In this document: in pieces, positions 46,467 to 55,507 of the stretch
Position numbering within the stretch: the first letter of the stretch is position 1
Layout: every line of letters starts with the position of its first letter
IMG/VR virus record: IMGVR_UViG_3300034073_002120
Source: a virus
Lineage: Duplodnaviria > Caudoviricetes
DNA length: 64,000 nucleotides
Strand: one strand, 5' to 3'
Position numbers and translations under genes: made by a program
Notes under the pieces: model-generated
What the model saw: only the letters and a program-made list of their open reading frames with translations
The model's database searches: none
Told to the model about the DNA's origin: nothing

Positions 46467-47182
46467 TTTTCAAATACACCTTTTTTAACCATTCTCATTA
46501 AAATTCTAGAACAAGCAATATCTAATGCTTTCTTAGTAGATGTACCAATTGTTGATTGATTAAATTTAACTTCATCCACAGTTGCATCTGAAAGGAATGA
46601 TAATTCTCTTGTAGTTTTTGCTTCACCTAAACCAGATGCTGCAATGATTTCACCCGTCTCTGCGTTTGTAAATCTTACTTGTAAACCCAAACGTGTTACT
46701 ACCATATTCTTAACACCATCTTTTAAGTTTACCGTCTCATCTTCGGAAACGGAAAAATCATATACTTCGATTTCAACAAAGTAATGAGCTAAACGGATTT
46801 TACCTCTACCATCTAACTTATCTTGTGATATACCTGCTTGAGAAGCCTGAAATTGCTTAACCATTCGGTTTTTAATTTCAGTTTTATCTTCCGTAAACGT
46901 AAATCTATTAAGATTTTCCAAATATTCCATCGTGATGTTAGCCACACCCAAACCCACTTTCTTTTCTTTGAGTTCTGGATATTGCTCATAAACTTCATCA
47001 CCAATACCACATTTGAGGATTTGAATCGGAATTTGTTTTCCCTCATAATCTAAAAATTGACTAATGTCTACTTTTGTTTCAAATGATGCTTTATAATTTT
47101 CTGTTTTTGTTGTTCCCACAGTTTGGGCAATGGCAACATTGCTTAGTAAAACACCAAGCAAGAATACTAATAATTTTTTCAT
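46463..47182 (-). CDS. CsgG/HfaB-like exported protein
   Basis: Signal peptide; GLGVANI..EYL...NRF, LGLQVRFTNAETGEI...GEA and FNQSTIG pattern. Confidence 0.7.
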   Translation of the reverse strand: MKKLLVFLLGVLLSNVAIAQTVGTTKTENYKASFETKVDISQFLDYEGKQIPIQILKCGIGDEVYEQYPELKEKKVGLGVANITMEYLENLNRFTFTEDKTEIKNRMVKQFQASQAGISQDKLDGRGKIRLAHYFVEIEVYDFSVSEDETVNLKDGVKNMVVTRLGLQVRFTNAETGEIIAASGLGEAKTTRELSFLSDATVDEVKFNQSTIGTSTKKALDIACSRILMRMVKKGVFEK

Positions 47183-47216
47183 ATACGTTTTTCATATTTT
47201 GTTCGTATATAAATAT

Positions 47217-47245
47217 AAAAAAAGGGAAACTTTCGTCTCCCTTTT
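47217..47245 (-). terminator. intrinsic terminator
   Basis: AAAGGGAGAC-GAAA-GTTTCCCTTT followed by T run. Confidence 0.8.
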
Positions 47246-47249
47246 CAAA

Positions 47250-47504
47250 TTATCCTAATTCTTCTTCTTTTGGTTCATCTTTTTTATTAAAGATTTTACC
47301 AACTTCAGCGATACCGAATGCTCCTAATGTTATATACATAAATGAATTATAAATAAATTCATTCACTAACAATTCTTTTCCCATATATCCCGTTACCAAA
47401 TCGGTAACTGCGAATGCTGTCATTACTACAAATGATGCAAACCCTACGATTGTTTTCTCATTCAAATCATTTGAATCTTTGAAAATATCAGTAAATTTAG
47501 CCAT
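47250..47504 (-). CDS. two-TM small membrane protein
   Basis: Two hydrophobic segments. Confidence 0.7.
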   Translation of the reverse strand: MAKFTDIFKDSNDLNEKTIVGFASFVVMTAFAVTDLVTGYMGKELLVNEFIYNSFMYITLGAFGIAEVGKIFNKKDEPKEEELG

Positions 47505-47551
47505 AGTCTTTTTTCCTTTTTTTAAATTATTAAACTATGTAACCTTTATTA

Positions 47552-48172
47552 TTATCCTACTTGTTCAGAATCTTCATCTTTAATCTTTCCACATTTCAAA
47601 CATTCTTCTTCACCATCACCATCTAAATCACCCCAAACGTGCTCACATTGTCTATGTGCAAAATATACATCAATTTTACCATCACCATCAAAGTCAATAC
47701 CATCCATAGTTCCATCCCCATCTTCATCAACTTCTATTCCAGTTCTAGGTTGTGTAGTTTGATTTATTTCCGATGTTGATACTGTGGGTATAAATTCTTC
47801 CTCATTTTTAAACTCAGCATTTGGTAATACTAATGGTCTTACATCAGTTGGAACTATTGGATTGTTTGGCATATCGGCTGTATTTGATAATGATGTACCA
47901 TCTTCTTCATCCATCTTTTGAACTAGCATTTTATCCTTATCAGTATCACTAAACCAATAATCAATAATCTTACCATAAGAACCGATGAAAGCTCCTAATA
48001 ACAATAATAAAAGTTCTTTCCATTCTCCTGCTATTTCGTTTTTATTAATAATAGCAGCAAACATACCACCAATTATTAACATAAATCCTCCCAATACTAA
48101 CGCAGTAATGTACCATCTACGTTTCATCATATTACTCAATAGGTCTTTGAAACCACTTGGTTGTTCTGCCAT
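47552..48172 (-). CDS. two-TM protein with DxDGDG Ca-binding-like repeats
   Basis: TM pair; DEDGDG, DFDGDG and DLDGDG repeats; CEH...CLKC. Confidence 0.7.
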   Translation of the reverse strand: MAEQPSGFKDLLSNMMKRRWYITALVLGGFMLIIGGMFAAIINKNEIAGEWKELLLLLLGAFIGSYGKIIDYWFSDTDKDKMLVQKMDEEDGTSLSNTADMPNNPIVPTDVRPLVLPNAEFKNEEEFIPTVSTSEINQTTQPRTGIEVDEDGDGTMDGIDFDGDGKIDVYFAHRQCEHVWGDLDGDGEEECLKCGKIKDEDSEQVG

Positions 48173-48195
48173 ATTATTCTCCTTTATTTTTTATA

Positions 48196-48519
48196 CTACC
48201 ACTTTGGTGCTTCTTCTTTGAACTCATCACCTTCTTTTTTCTTAGGTTTTGGTTGAGGTTGTGCCGGTTGAGTATTTCCACCTACTGTCTTTTCTTTGAT
48301 GATTACTGTTTTACCACCTGCAGATTGTTGTTGAGCTTGTTGATTAGAGTTTGTGATATTGATTACCGGTGCTGCTTGCTGAACCGGTGTTTCTTCTTTA
48401 TCACCACCTGTCAATTGTGTAGTAACCCAAGTACCCAATCCTAATGTGATTGTTGATACGAATCCGATGATTACATTTTTTAATGAACCACCTGTACTTT
48501 GTTCTTGTTCTTCTGCCAT
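48196..48519 (-). CDS. single-TM protein with Q/P/K-rich tail
   Basis: ORF with GGAG upstream. Confidence 0.7.
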   Translation of the reverse strand: MAEEQEQSTGGSLKNVIIGFVSTITLGLGTWVTTQLTGGDKEETPVQQAAPVINITNSNQQAQQQSAGGKTVIIKEKTVGGNTQPAQPQPKPKKKEGDEFKEEAPKW

Positions 48520-48537
48520 TTTGTTTTCTCCGTTTTG

Positions 48538-48909
48538 TTATTGTATTTTGTTAAAATCTGTTATTCCTAATTGTCTACCACTTGCATCGAATAATCCAAT
48601 TCTATATGCAGATGATGGTAATGCAGTTGTATATACTTTAAGTACATTATCACCTGCTATTACATTTACATTTTCTTTTGATACTACTCTATTACCAATA
48701 TCAAATATTTTAATTGTTACTGATTGTGCAGTTTCGGTTTTCACATTCATTGCAACTTCTGATGTTACAAAATGTGATTGTACTTTAATACCTACCGAAT
48801 TGGTAATCTTCAAATCTTCCGATACGGCTTGTGGTGTTGGTAATATATCCTCTTTTGAACATCCTACTAATAAAATAGTAAAGAATACCAATCCAAATAT
48901 TTTTTTCAT
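48538..48909 (-). CDS. lipoprotein resembling a T9SS C-terminal sorting domain
   Basis: LLVG-C lipobox; VTIKIFDIGNRVV...GDNVLKV..TALPSSAYRI...FNK. Confidence 0.65.
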   Translation of the reverse strand: MKKIFGLVFFTILLVGCSKEDILPTPQAVSEDLKITNSVGIKVQSHFVTSEVAMNVKTETAQSVTIKIFDIGNRVVSKENVNVIAGDNVLKVYTTALPSSAYRIGLFDASGRQLGITDFNKIQ

Positions 48910-48918
48910 TTTGTTCTC

Positions 48919-49260
48919 CTAATTGATTATTATTGTTGTTTTACTTATTTCTTTTTTAGTAACATCTTCCAATAACAAATATAAGTATTTAACCGATATT
49001 GATTTAGTGTATATTTTCTTTACATTTTCTCCATTTTGACCAATAAATCGTTCTCTACTAATTACTTGTCCACTTTCTTTATCAATTAAAGTTAAAGTGT
49101 ATGTTCCTGCGGATGGTAAATCAAAATATATTGATTGTCCATTTACTACGCTACTTTCACCCACGTTGAATATTTTTTCAACCGGCATAGTAGGTGTTGG
49201 TAAATCTGGCTTAGTACATCCTACTAACAAAATCAACGATATTAATATTATCTTCTTCAT
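48919..49260 (-). CDS. lipoprotein resembling a T9SS CTD / FlgD-Ig domain
   Basis: LLVG-C lipobox; FDLPSAGTYTLTLID..SGQVI...GEN...Y...KTTIII. Confidence 0.6.
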   Translation of the reverse strand: MKKIILISLILLVGCTKPDLPTPTMPVEKIFNVGESSVVNGQSIYFDLPSAGTYTLTLIDKESGQVISRERFIGQNGENVKKIYTKSISVKYLYLLLEDVTKKEISKTTIIIN

Positions 49261-51560
49261 TAGTTTACCTTTACTTTTAATTGTGTTCCACTCTTATTTA
49301 CTGCATCGGTATTTGAAATTGAAGTCAATCCTAATGTACTACTCAATCCTATTAGTGGTAAGAATGTTATTTTATATTCAGTTGTTTTATCTAATATGGT
49401 TGAACCGTCCGTTATTAATGAACCCACTGTTACATAAGACCCTCTATCAGTTCCAAAATTGGTAGGTGTTCCTTTTGTAATGAATTCTACCTTTTCAAAA
49501 CTTAATGCGGTATTATCATAGTTTAAATTGAATTGAGTACCTACTAACTCTTGTTGTAATGGGTCTACCGAAATCGTTACTATCAATTTACCACCAATAT
49601 TTTCACCCATTAGGTATGCGTTGATTTGATTGGAAATTGATTGAGTTGATAAACTCATAGTTCTATATGAATTGGTTGCAACATTACTTACACTTTGTTG
49701 TGCAGAATGTGAAAGGTTTACATCTCCTAACCAAGTTACATTTACATTATATGTGTTATTCAATACTCCACTATTCAAATTAAATGGATACAAACTTCTA
49801 GTTGAGTTGAATTGCGTATTCCAATTAGATTTAGTAATAGCATCGTATTCAGTTTTACCATATAGTTTCATCAAATAGGTTAATGCCGAATATTGTGTAA
49901 GTGGTTGAACACCTGTTAAATGTTGTAATAGTTTATATGTATCTGATTCATTAAATACACCATTACCATCCACATCCGCGTTCATATATTGAATACCATT
50001 TGTAAATTCCAACCCACTTTGATTTCCTAATATACCCCCATTCGATAATTCTTTAAATGCCAAATAGACATCCGTTACACTCACAATACTATTGTATAAT
50101 GTATTTAGTTCTGTTTGGTTATTTGGAATTATATCAATACCATGTTGTTTGAATTCGGTGGAATTTATAAATGTAAATTCTGCTTTTGTTCCATACCACC
50201 CATTTTGTAATCTTAAATAACTTTGATATGTGGATGATAATATTTTTGATGATATGTTTGGAACTATTCTAAATATTTTCCAACCACCAGCATCTTGAAC
50301 ATAAGTTATATCACCTTCGTATATATCGAATAATTTTATTGAATTTACATCAGCTGGAGATACTCCCGTTCCATCAAATTCTCTTGCATCAATATACAAT
50401 CTATGGCCGCCAAAACTCGTAGAATAAACATCTATAATTGCCCATTCAACTTGTCCACCTTCGGTTAATGCTTTCTTACCATTACCACTTATTTTAGCAG
50501 TATCCAAATCATTTGTAATATCTACTTTACCCAACCCACTTAATACTCGTGTTGTATTAGTAGTTGTACTCCATGTATTATTTACAAATGTATTTGCTTT
50601 TGCTGAAAATTTAGTTTCATCTACATTACCACCAAAATCAATATTGAATCTTGCAGTTAATACTTCTCCGTTTGAGTGAGTTGTAGAGTTTGTATAGAAT
50701 TCAGTAAAAGTAGCATCATCAGGATTACTCCAAGTTCCATATTCGATTACATACGCACAATAAAACCCATTTGGTAAATCGTTCCATTGAGTCCCACCAC
50801 TCCATTTAGTTACGGGATAATCTTCATTACCACTATTGTTTGGCTCACCCCCTGCCCAGTTGTTATATTGTCCAACTATATTTCCAGTATATTGTCCGTT
50901 GGATGTTTTGATTAGAGTTCCCTTTTCAGGTCCTGCATCGATTATCCATCTACCTTCCGTTACTTCATCGGTTAATGCGAACCATATATTACCCTGTGGA
51001 ACATTTAATTGAATAAAATTATCTTCATCGGCAGAAGTGATAGTTACTAAATATCCAGTTTGACCTTTGAATGTTGTTGTTTCCGATGCTGCTCTTGCAC
51101 CTGTGTATGTATTTCCGTTTGATATGGGTTTATAGAAGTGTCCATTTACACCATTATAATAATATCCAGTAGGATTGACTGTTGCTGCTACTGATAATTT
51201 AATATTACCTTTCGTTGCACCAGTATTTATTTTTAACCCTTCCAATGCCATATTAATATTAGACATTGTTCCGGTGAATACTATACGAGTTTTATTACCA
51301 CTAAAATTAAATCCACTTGCGGCGGTTAAACCCGTTAAGGTTGTCATATAAAATGATGTCCCTATTGGATATTCTACCAAACTAATTGATGCTAATATAA
51401 TATCTGTTGATGAAAACCCACTCAATACAAATCCACCTGCATATTGCCCTGATGTGGATGGTAGAAAAGATTTAGAGTCCGGAGCAGATACACTCTGTCC
51501 GAACCCTAAAAATGATATAAGTAAAAATAATGTAACTATTAAATATTTCATATTATTCAA
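49260..51560 (-). CDS. exported multidomain protein: Ig-like + C-type lectin + dockerin-like + cohesin
   Basis: Signal peptide; GYLVTITS...WAGGEPNN...WNDL; ADVDGNGVFNESDTYKLLQHL; VGTQFNLNYD. Confidence 0.75.
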   Translation of the reverse strand: MNNMKYLIVTLFLLISFLGFGQSVSAPDSKSFLPSTSGQYAGGFVLSGFSSTDIILASISLVEYPIGTSFYMTTLTGLTAASGFNFSGNKTRIVFTGTMSNINMALEGLKINTGATKGNIKLSVAATVNPTGYYYNGVNGHFYKPISNGNTYTGARAASETTTFKGQTGYLVTITSADEDNFIQLNVPQGNIWFALTDEVTEGRWIIDAGPEKGTLIKTSNGQYTGNIVGQYNNWAGGEPNNSGNEDYPVTKWSGGTQWNDLPNGFYCAYVIEYGTWSNPDDATFTEFYTNSTTHSNGEVLTARFNIDFGGNVDETKFSAKANTFVNNTWSTTTNTTRVLSGLGKVDITNDLDTAKISGNGKKALTEGGQVEWAIIDVYSTSFGGHRLYIDAREFDGTGVSPADVNSIKLFDIYEGDITYVQDAGGWKIFRIVPNISSKILSSTYQSYLRLQNGWYGTKAEFTFINSTEFKQHGIDIIPNNQTELNTLYNSIVSVTDVYLAFKELSNGGILGNQSGLEFTNGIQYMNADVDGNGVFNESDTYKLLQHLTGVQPLTQYSALTYLMKLYGKTEYDAITKSNWNTQFNSTRSLYPFNLNSGVLNNTYNVNVTWLGDVNLSHSAQQSVSNVATNSYRTMSLSTQSISNQINAYLMGENIGGKLIVTISVDPLQQELVGTQFNLNYDNTALSFEKVEFITKGTPTNFGTDRGSYVTVGSLITDGSTILDKTTEYKITFLPLIGLSSTLGLTSISNTDAVNKSGTQLKVKVN

Positions 51561-53205
51561 CTATTAAATCTATTTTATTACCTTTCGCATCTACTGCATC
51601 TGATAGAATGAAATAGAATAAACCTGCAGTATTTGTTAATGATGTTTTTGGTGTAAATATTAATTTGTATGGAGTTCCAACTTTGATTCTTGCAGTTTTT
51701 AATTGGTCAATAGAACCAAATGTTAATCTACCATCTTTGTGTGTAGAAAAGTTTGTGATGGTAGAACCTGCATCAAATATTATATTATCCAAAGTTAATT
51801 TAGATTCATCATAATTCATAATAACTTGTAAACCCGCTAATTCAGTTTTGGTTAATGTAGTAGTTAAAACAACTTTACCATTTTCTAATGTAGATGTAAT
51901 ACCTAATGTTGCTTTTTCTACTGCCAAAGTTTGGTATGCCATCGGAGCAGTACTCATAGATTTGATTGTATTTACCGATTTATCATTTACTGAATTTGTG
52001 TATTGTCCCGCATTTATCTTAGCTACAATCGCAGATGGGTCTGATGAATGTGACCAGTTCAAATCACCACCCCATGCATATACTGCAAATACTTCTTGAA
52101 TAGGTTGTGTAATTACCACTTTATTCTTTACAACACCATCTAACCAACTTTGATTTAACAAACCACTTGTCCATTTTACTGATGTTGATGTATTTGTTGG
52201 AATTGATGCGTTTGAATCCATATTTTGTCCCATTACATGTGCAAATAATGCATATGAATCACCTTCACCAAATTGGTTTGCATTATTAGTTACTTTACCT
52301 ACTTTCTTTTCTAATGTAGGATATGTAAAAAAGTTTGGAGTTCCACTAATATCAGTTTGAGAATGACCTAAGAACGCCTTATATGCATCCGATACGGTTA
52401 CGATATTATTCATCCAAGCTTTTTGGAATGCGGGTCCAACGAATACACCAACTGAATCACCAACTTTAATTTGTGTTGTGAAAAGTGCTTCACCACTTGC
52501 ATCCAAAGGTAATTGTGCGATAGGCTGTTGTGACCAATCAATCAAACCACTACCATTTGTTTGTAATCTCATCAATTGAACCGAATGGTCAGTAATTGTA
52601 TATCCTTGTGGGAATAGAACTTTTACTTTGAATTGAGATGTATTACCAGTTACACTATTCAACGATGTCCAACCTCCACCATAAATCGTACCAACATTTG
52701 TACCAGTTGTATCAGTACCAGTTGCTAAATCTATTTTGAAAATGTTGTTGTAAAGGTTTTTATCCTTTAAGATATATTTTTGTGTTGCCAATAATCCACT
52801 TATTGAAGCATCTGCTCTTTGTATTGTTAATTGCCCAACATTCCAATCTGCGTTTACTGCATAATTCCACGGTGTCAATCCATATTGAACGTTCAAATCA
52901 TTATCACTCGCACCACCATTAAAAGTAAATTTGTAGTTATTCCAACCGGTGTAGAATGTTTGTGCAGATGCACCTTGATTAAATGCAGTAGACACATAAG
53001 TCAATGCCTTATTATCATACTGGTATCTAAACCAAAGATAACGTGGGTTCTTAATAACCTGTCCTTTTGTTAGATTGTAAGATACAGTAATAGTATCACC
53101 AACTCTTAAATTTGAATTAGGTGATAGTGATTGACTAATAGTCAATTGTCCAAACGATGATAGAGATATTAAGAATATCCCCAAAAACATAATTAGTTTT
53201 TTCAT
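51553..53205 (-). CDS. exported cohesin-domain protein
   Basis: Signal peptide; FRYQYDNKAL (cohesin-like); VTVSDAY; GDLNWSHS; AGLQVIMNYD. Confidence 0.7.
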   Translation of the reverse strand: MKKLIMFLGIFLISLSSFGQLTISQSLSPNSNLRVGDTITVSYNLTKGQVIKNPRYLWFRYQYDNKALTYVSTAFNQGASAQTFYTGWNNYKFTFNGGASDNDLNVQYGLTPWNYAVNADWNVGQLTIQRADASISGLLATQKYILKDKNLYNNIFKIDLATGTDTTGTNVGTIYGGGWTSLNSVTGNTSQFKVKVLFPQGYTITDHSVQLMRLQTNGSGLIDWSQQPIAQLPLDASGEALFTTQIKVGDSVGVFVGPAFQKAWMNNIVTVSDAYKAFLGHSQTDISGTPNFFTYPTLEKKVGKVTNNANQFGEGDSYALFAHVMGQNMDSNASIPTNTSTSVKWTSGLLNQSWLDGVVKNKVVITQPIQEVFAVYAWGGDLNWSHSSDPSAIVAKINAGQYTNSVNDKSVNTIKSMSTAPMAYQTLAVEKATLGITSTLENGKVVLTTTLTKTELAGLQVIMNYDESKLTLDNIIFDAGSTITNFSTHKDGRLTFGSIDQLKTARIKVGTPYKLIFTPKTSLTNTAGLFYFILSDAVDAKGNKIDLIVE

Positions 53206-53705
53206 TTTGTTAAGTCCTTTATAATATTTTCACATACTTTTTTCATCGCATTACTTGTTGATTGTTGATTAAACTTACCATCAGTTCCTACAATTAAAGT
53301 TGAAGTTGATATTTCTTCACTTTCTCCTTTTTGTACGGTCTTTTTAATACGTTTATCACCATCCCACAATTCTGCAGATGCAATAATTTGAGTTGTTGCA
53401 ACACCTTTATGAAACACACTTATATTTGTTCCAACATTTGCTACATCAAAAAACAATAACCTAACTTTGATTTTTAATTTCGAGTCTTTTACTAATGGAT
53501 AGCCTAAATCCATCAAACTTTCTTCTATGATGTTTTTCACACCAAATGCAAGATTTTTGTTTCCTGCTAAATTTCCTAATTTAATATCATTCACAACCTC
53601 ACCTACACTAATTTGTGGTAGTTCAGTTTGTGCTTTTAATGATGTTGTTGTAAGTGCAAAAAATGCCACTAATAAAATTGTAGTGAATTTTAAACCAATT
53701 TTCAT
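53202..53705 (-). CDS. exported CsgG-like-fold protein (short paralog)
   Basis: Signal peptide; LAFGVKNIIEESL; C-terminal KFNQQSTSNAMKK echoes KFNQSTIGTSTKK of 46463-47182. Confidence 0.55.
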   Translation of the reverse strand: MKIGLKFTTILLVAFFALTTTSLKAQTELPQISVGEVVNDIKLGNLAGNKNLAFGVKNIIEESLMDLGYPLVKDSKLKIKVRLLFFDVANVGTNISVFHKGVATTQIIASAELWDGDKRIKKTVQKGESEEISTSTLIVGTDGKFNQQSTSNAMKKVCENIIKDLTK

Positions 53706-53734
53706 GTTACCTCCTAAGTAAGTTTAGGCGTAAC
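53706..53734 (-). promoter_or_regulatory. 5' UTR hairpin covering an AGGAGG Shine-Dalgarno
   Basis: GTTAC-G-CCTAA-ACTTAC-TTAGG-AG-GTAAC immediately before ATG. Confidence 0.55.
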
Positions 53735-53804
53735 CTTCATTAAAATAACGTGATTTACGAAACGAATTTGTGACGAGTGTCAGTAATAAGTATCAAATAG
53801 ACAT

Positions 53805-53833
53805 AAAAAAACCCCACTATTAAGTAAGGTTTT
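53805..53833 (-). terminator. intrinsic terminator
   Basis: AAAACCTTACT-TAAT-AGTGGGGTTTT followed by T run. Confidence 0.65.
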
Positions 53834-54713
53834 GTAATTCTTCGTTGAAATTATCTTCTGCTATTTTTTTAAATTCTTCTCGTCTATCGATTATACTTAA
53901 ATTATTTATATAATGTGAATTATTTCGATACTTATAGTTCTCACAAACAACTAAATTTTTAATCTTATATTGTTGAATGTTTATATCCGTAGTTTTCATT
54001 AGTTTTTCAGCTCCCCACATTACAAACGTATCCTCATAGCCATAATGACTGAATGATTCTGGAATACCAATTCTTCGCAATAAATCACCACTTATACAAG
54101 TAAACCAACCTCCTGCAAATTTGAATCTCGGTTGATTTGGAATGGAGTTACTTATACTTTCCAATTCAATATCACCTTTAATACCTGAATCATTATACGG
54201 GTCGTTTGTCTTATGATAATTTAACGATTTGTTAATATAATTTTCATTTACTAAACAATCCCATGTAGAATCCCAAATACGAACTATTTCAGGTGTTATA
54301 ATTGAATAATTTGTTTGTTGTTCTACTATCGGTAATATAGTTTCAAAATAAGTTAGGGTTCGTTCATCAAACACAATATCAGTATCTAACCAAACGTAGT
54401 AATCTGCATCATTATGTTGTGTTAAAGTTTGTTTTCGTTGTGAAACACACCCTTTAATTGAATCTTCTATCTTAAAATACTTTGCACACCAATCTACACC
54501 TTGCGATAATTTTAACATCTTATCTATAAAGAATTGTTTTGGTAAAGATGATTGATTCCAATTTACCATATCATCCGCAAGACACATCGTTATATCTAAC
54601 ACCCACTCATGTTTTTTACTAAGATAATATGAGGCTCTTCGAAGTTGAGTTAGTGTATTTTCCAACTCATCGATTTCATGTGGTAACGCAAATATTGATA
54701 TTACTATTCTCAT
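53820..54713 (-). CDS. glycosyltransferase-like (GT-A fold)
   Basis: YVWLDTD, FAGGWF, YGYEDTF. Confidence 0.7.
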   Translation of the reverse strand: MRIVISIFALPHEIDELENTLTQLRRASYYLSKKHEWVLDITMCLADDMVNWNQSSLPKQFFIDKMLKLSQGVDWCAKYFKIEDSIKGCVSQRKQTLTQHNDADYYVWLDTDIVFDERTLTYFETILPIVEQQTNYSIITPEIVRIWDSTWDCLVNENYINKSLNYHKTNDPYNDSGIKGDIELESISNSIPNQPRFKFAGGWFTCISGDLLRRIGIPESFSHYGYEDTFVMWGAEKLMKTTDINIQQYKIKNLVVCENYKYRNNSHYINNLSIIDRREEFKKIAEDNFNEELQNLT

Positions 54714-55507
54714 TTATATAACTCTATTATTTCTTGTTTGATTTTAGGGTCTCTATCATACTGATGAACTATTACAAATTCCTCACCATTTTGATTGTAA
54801 AATTTACCATCTTTATACATAGGAGTTGGTTCGGTTAATAACAATTCACCTTTTTTACACCAAACTGTTCCCAATTGAGTTACAAATCCTTTTTCTTGAT
54901 TAACTAATTGAGTAGTTGCCTTAAATTGTTCTAAATGAATCAATACATTAAATGCTGCCTGGTCAGATAATTGACCTGGATTTGCAGTTGTTTTACTCCA
55001 TCTATAAATTTGAATAAACAAATCTCTCATAGATTCTAAATCACCCACAATAGTTCCTGCACAATAACTAATTTTTTCACTTAATCCAAACTGCCATTCC
55101 ATAGGAAATGATGAACCAGTATTTACTACAGCCCACGGGTCATCTTTAAGTTTAACACATTCTGAAAAAGCGAATAAATTAGTGAATGAACTATTATCTT
55201 CAATCCATTTAATTGGGTCTTTCTGAAATATAACATCTTTAACATCTGTCCAAATAATCCAATCGGTTTCATATTGATTGAGAATTACATACGCATCTCT
55301 AAATCGTTGTAAGATTATATGTTCTTGTAATTCGGATTGAAATATTATCCATTTTTTATTGGTGAGGTATTCTATAACATCGGTAGATACATCATAAACC
55401 AACATTATCTTCTCACCATTAAACCCACTTTTTTCAATCGATTCAACATATGGTTTAATATCATCTACTCCGTATTGGGTTATACACCCCATTATTGTAT
55501 ATTTCAT
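54710..55507 (-). CDS. glycosyltransferase-like
   Basis: WTDVKDVIFQKDP, CAGTIVG, DQAAFN, IVHQYDR. Confidence 0.7.
   Translation of the reverse strand: MKYTIMGCITQYGVDDIKPYVESIEKSGFNGEKIMLVYDVSTDVIEYLTNKKWIIFQSELQEHIILQRFRDAYVILNQYETDWIIWTDVKDVIFQKDPIKWIEDNSSFTNLFAFSECVKLKDDPWAVVNTGSSFPMEWQFGLSEKISYCAGTIVGDLESMRDLFIQIYRWSKTTANPGQLSDQAAFNVLIHLEQFKATTQLVNQEKGFVTQLGTVWCKKGELLLTEPTPMYKDGKFYNQNGEEFVIVHQYDRDPKIKQEIIELYK

Noticed and set aside
36176-47215. Plus-strand TATAAATA as T4-type late promoters
   Set aside because: They point away from the genes; no plus-strand genes follow them
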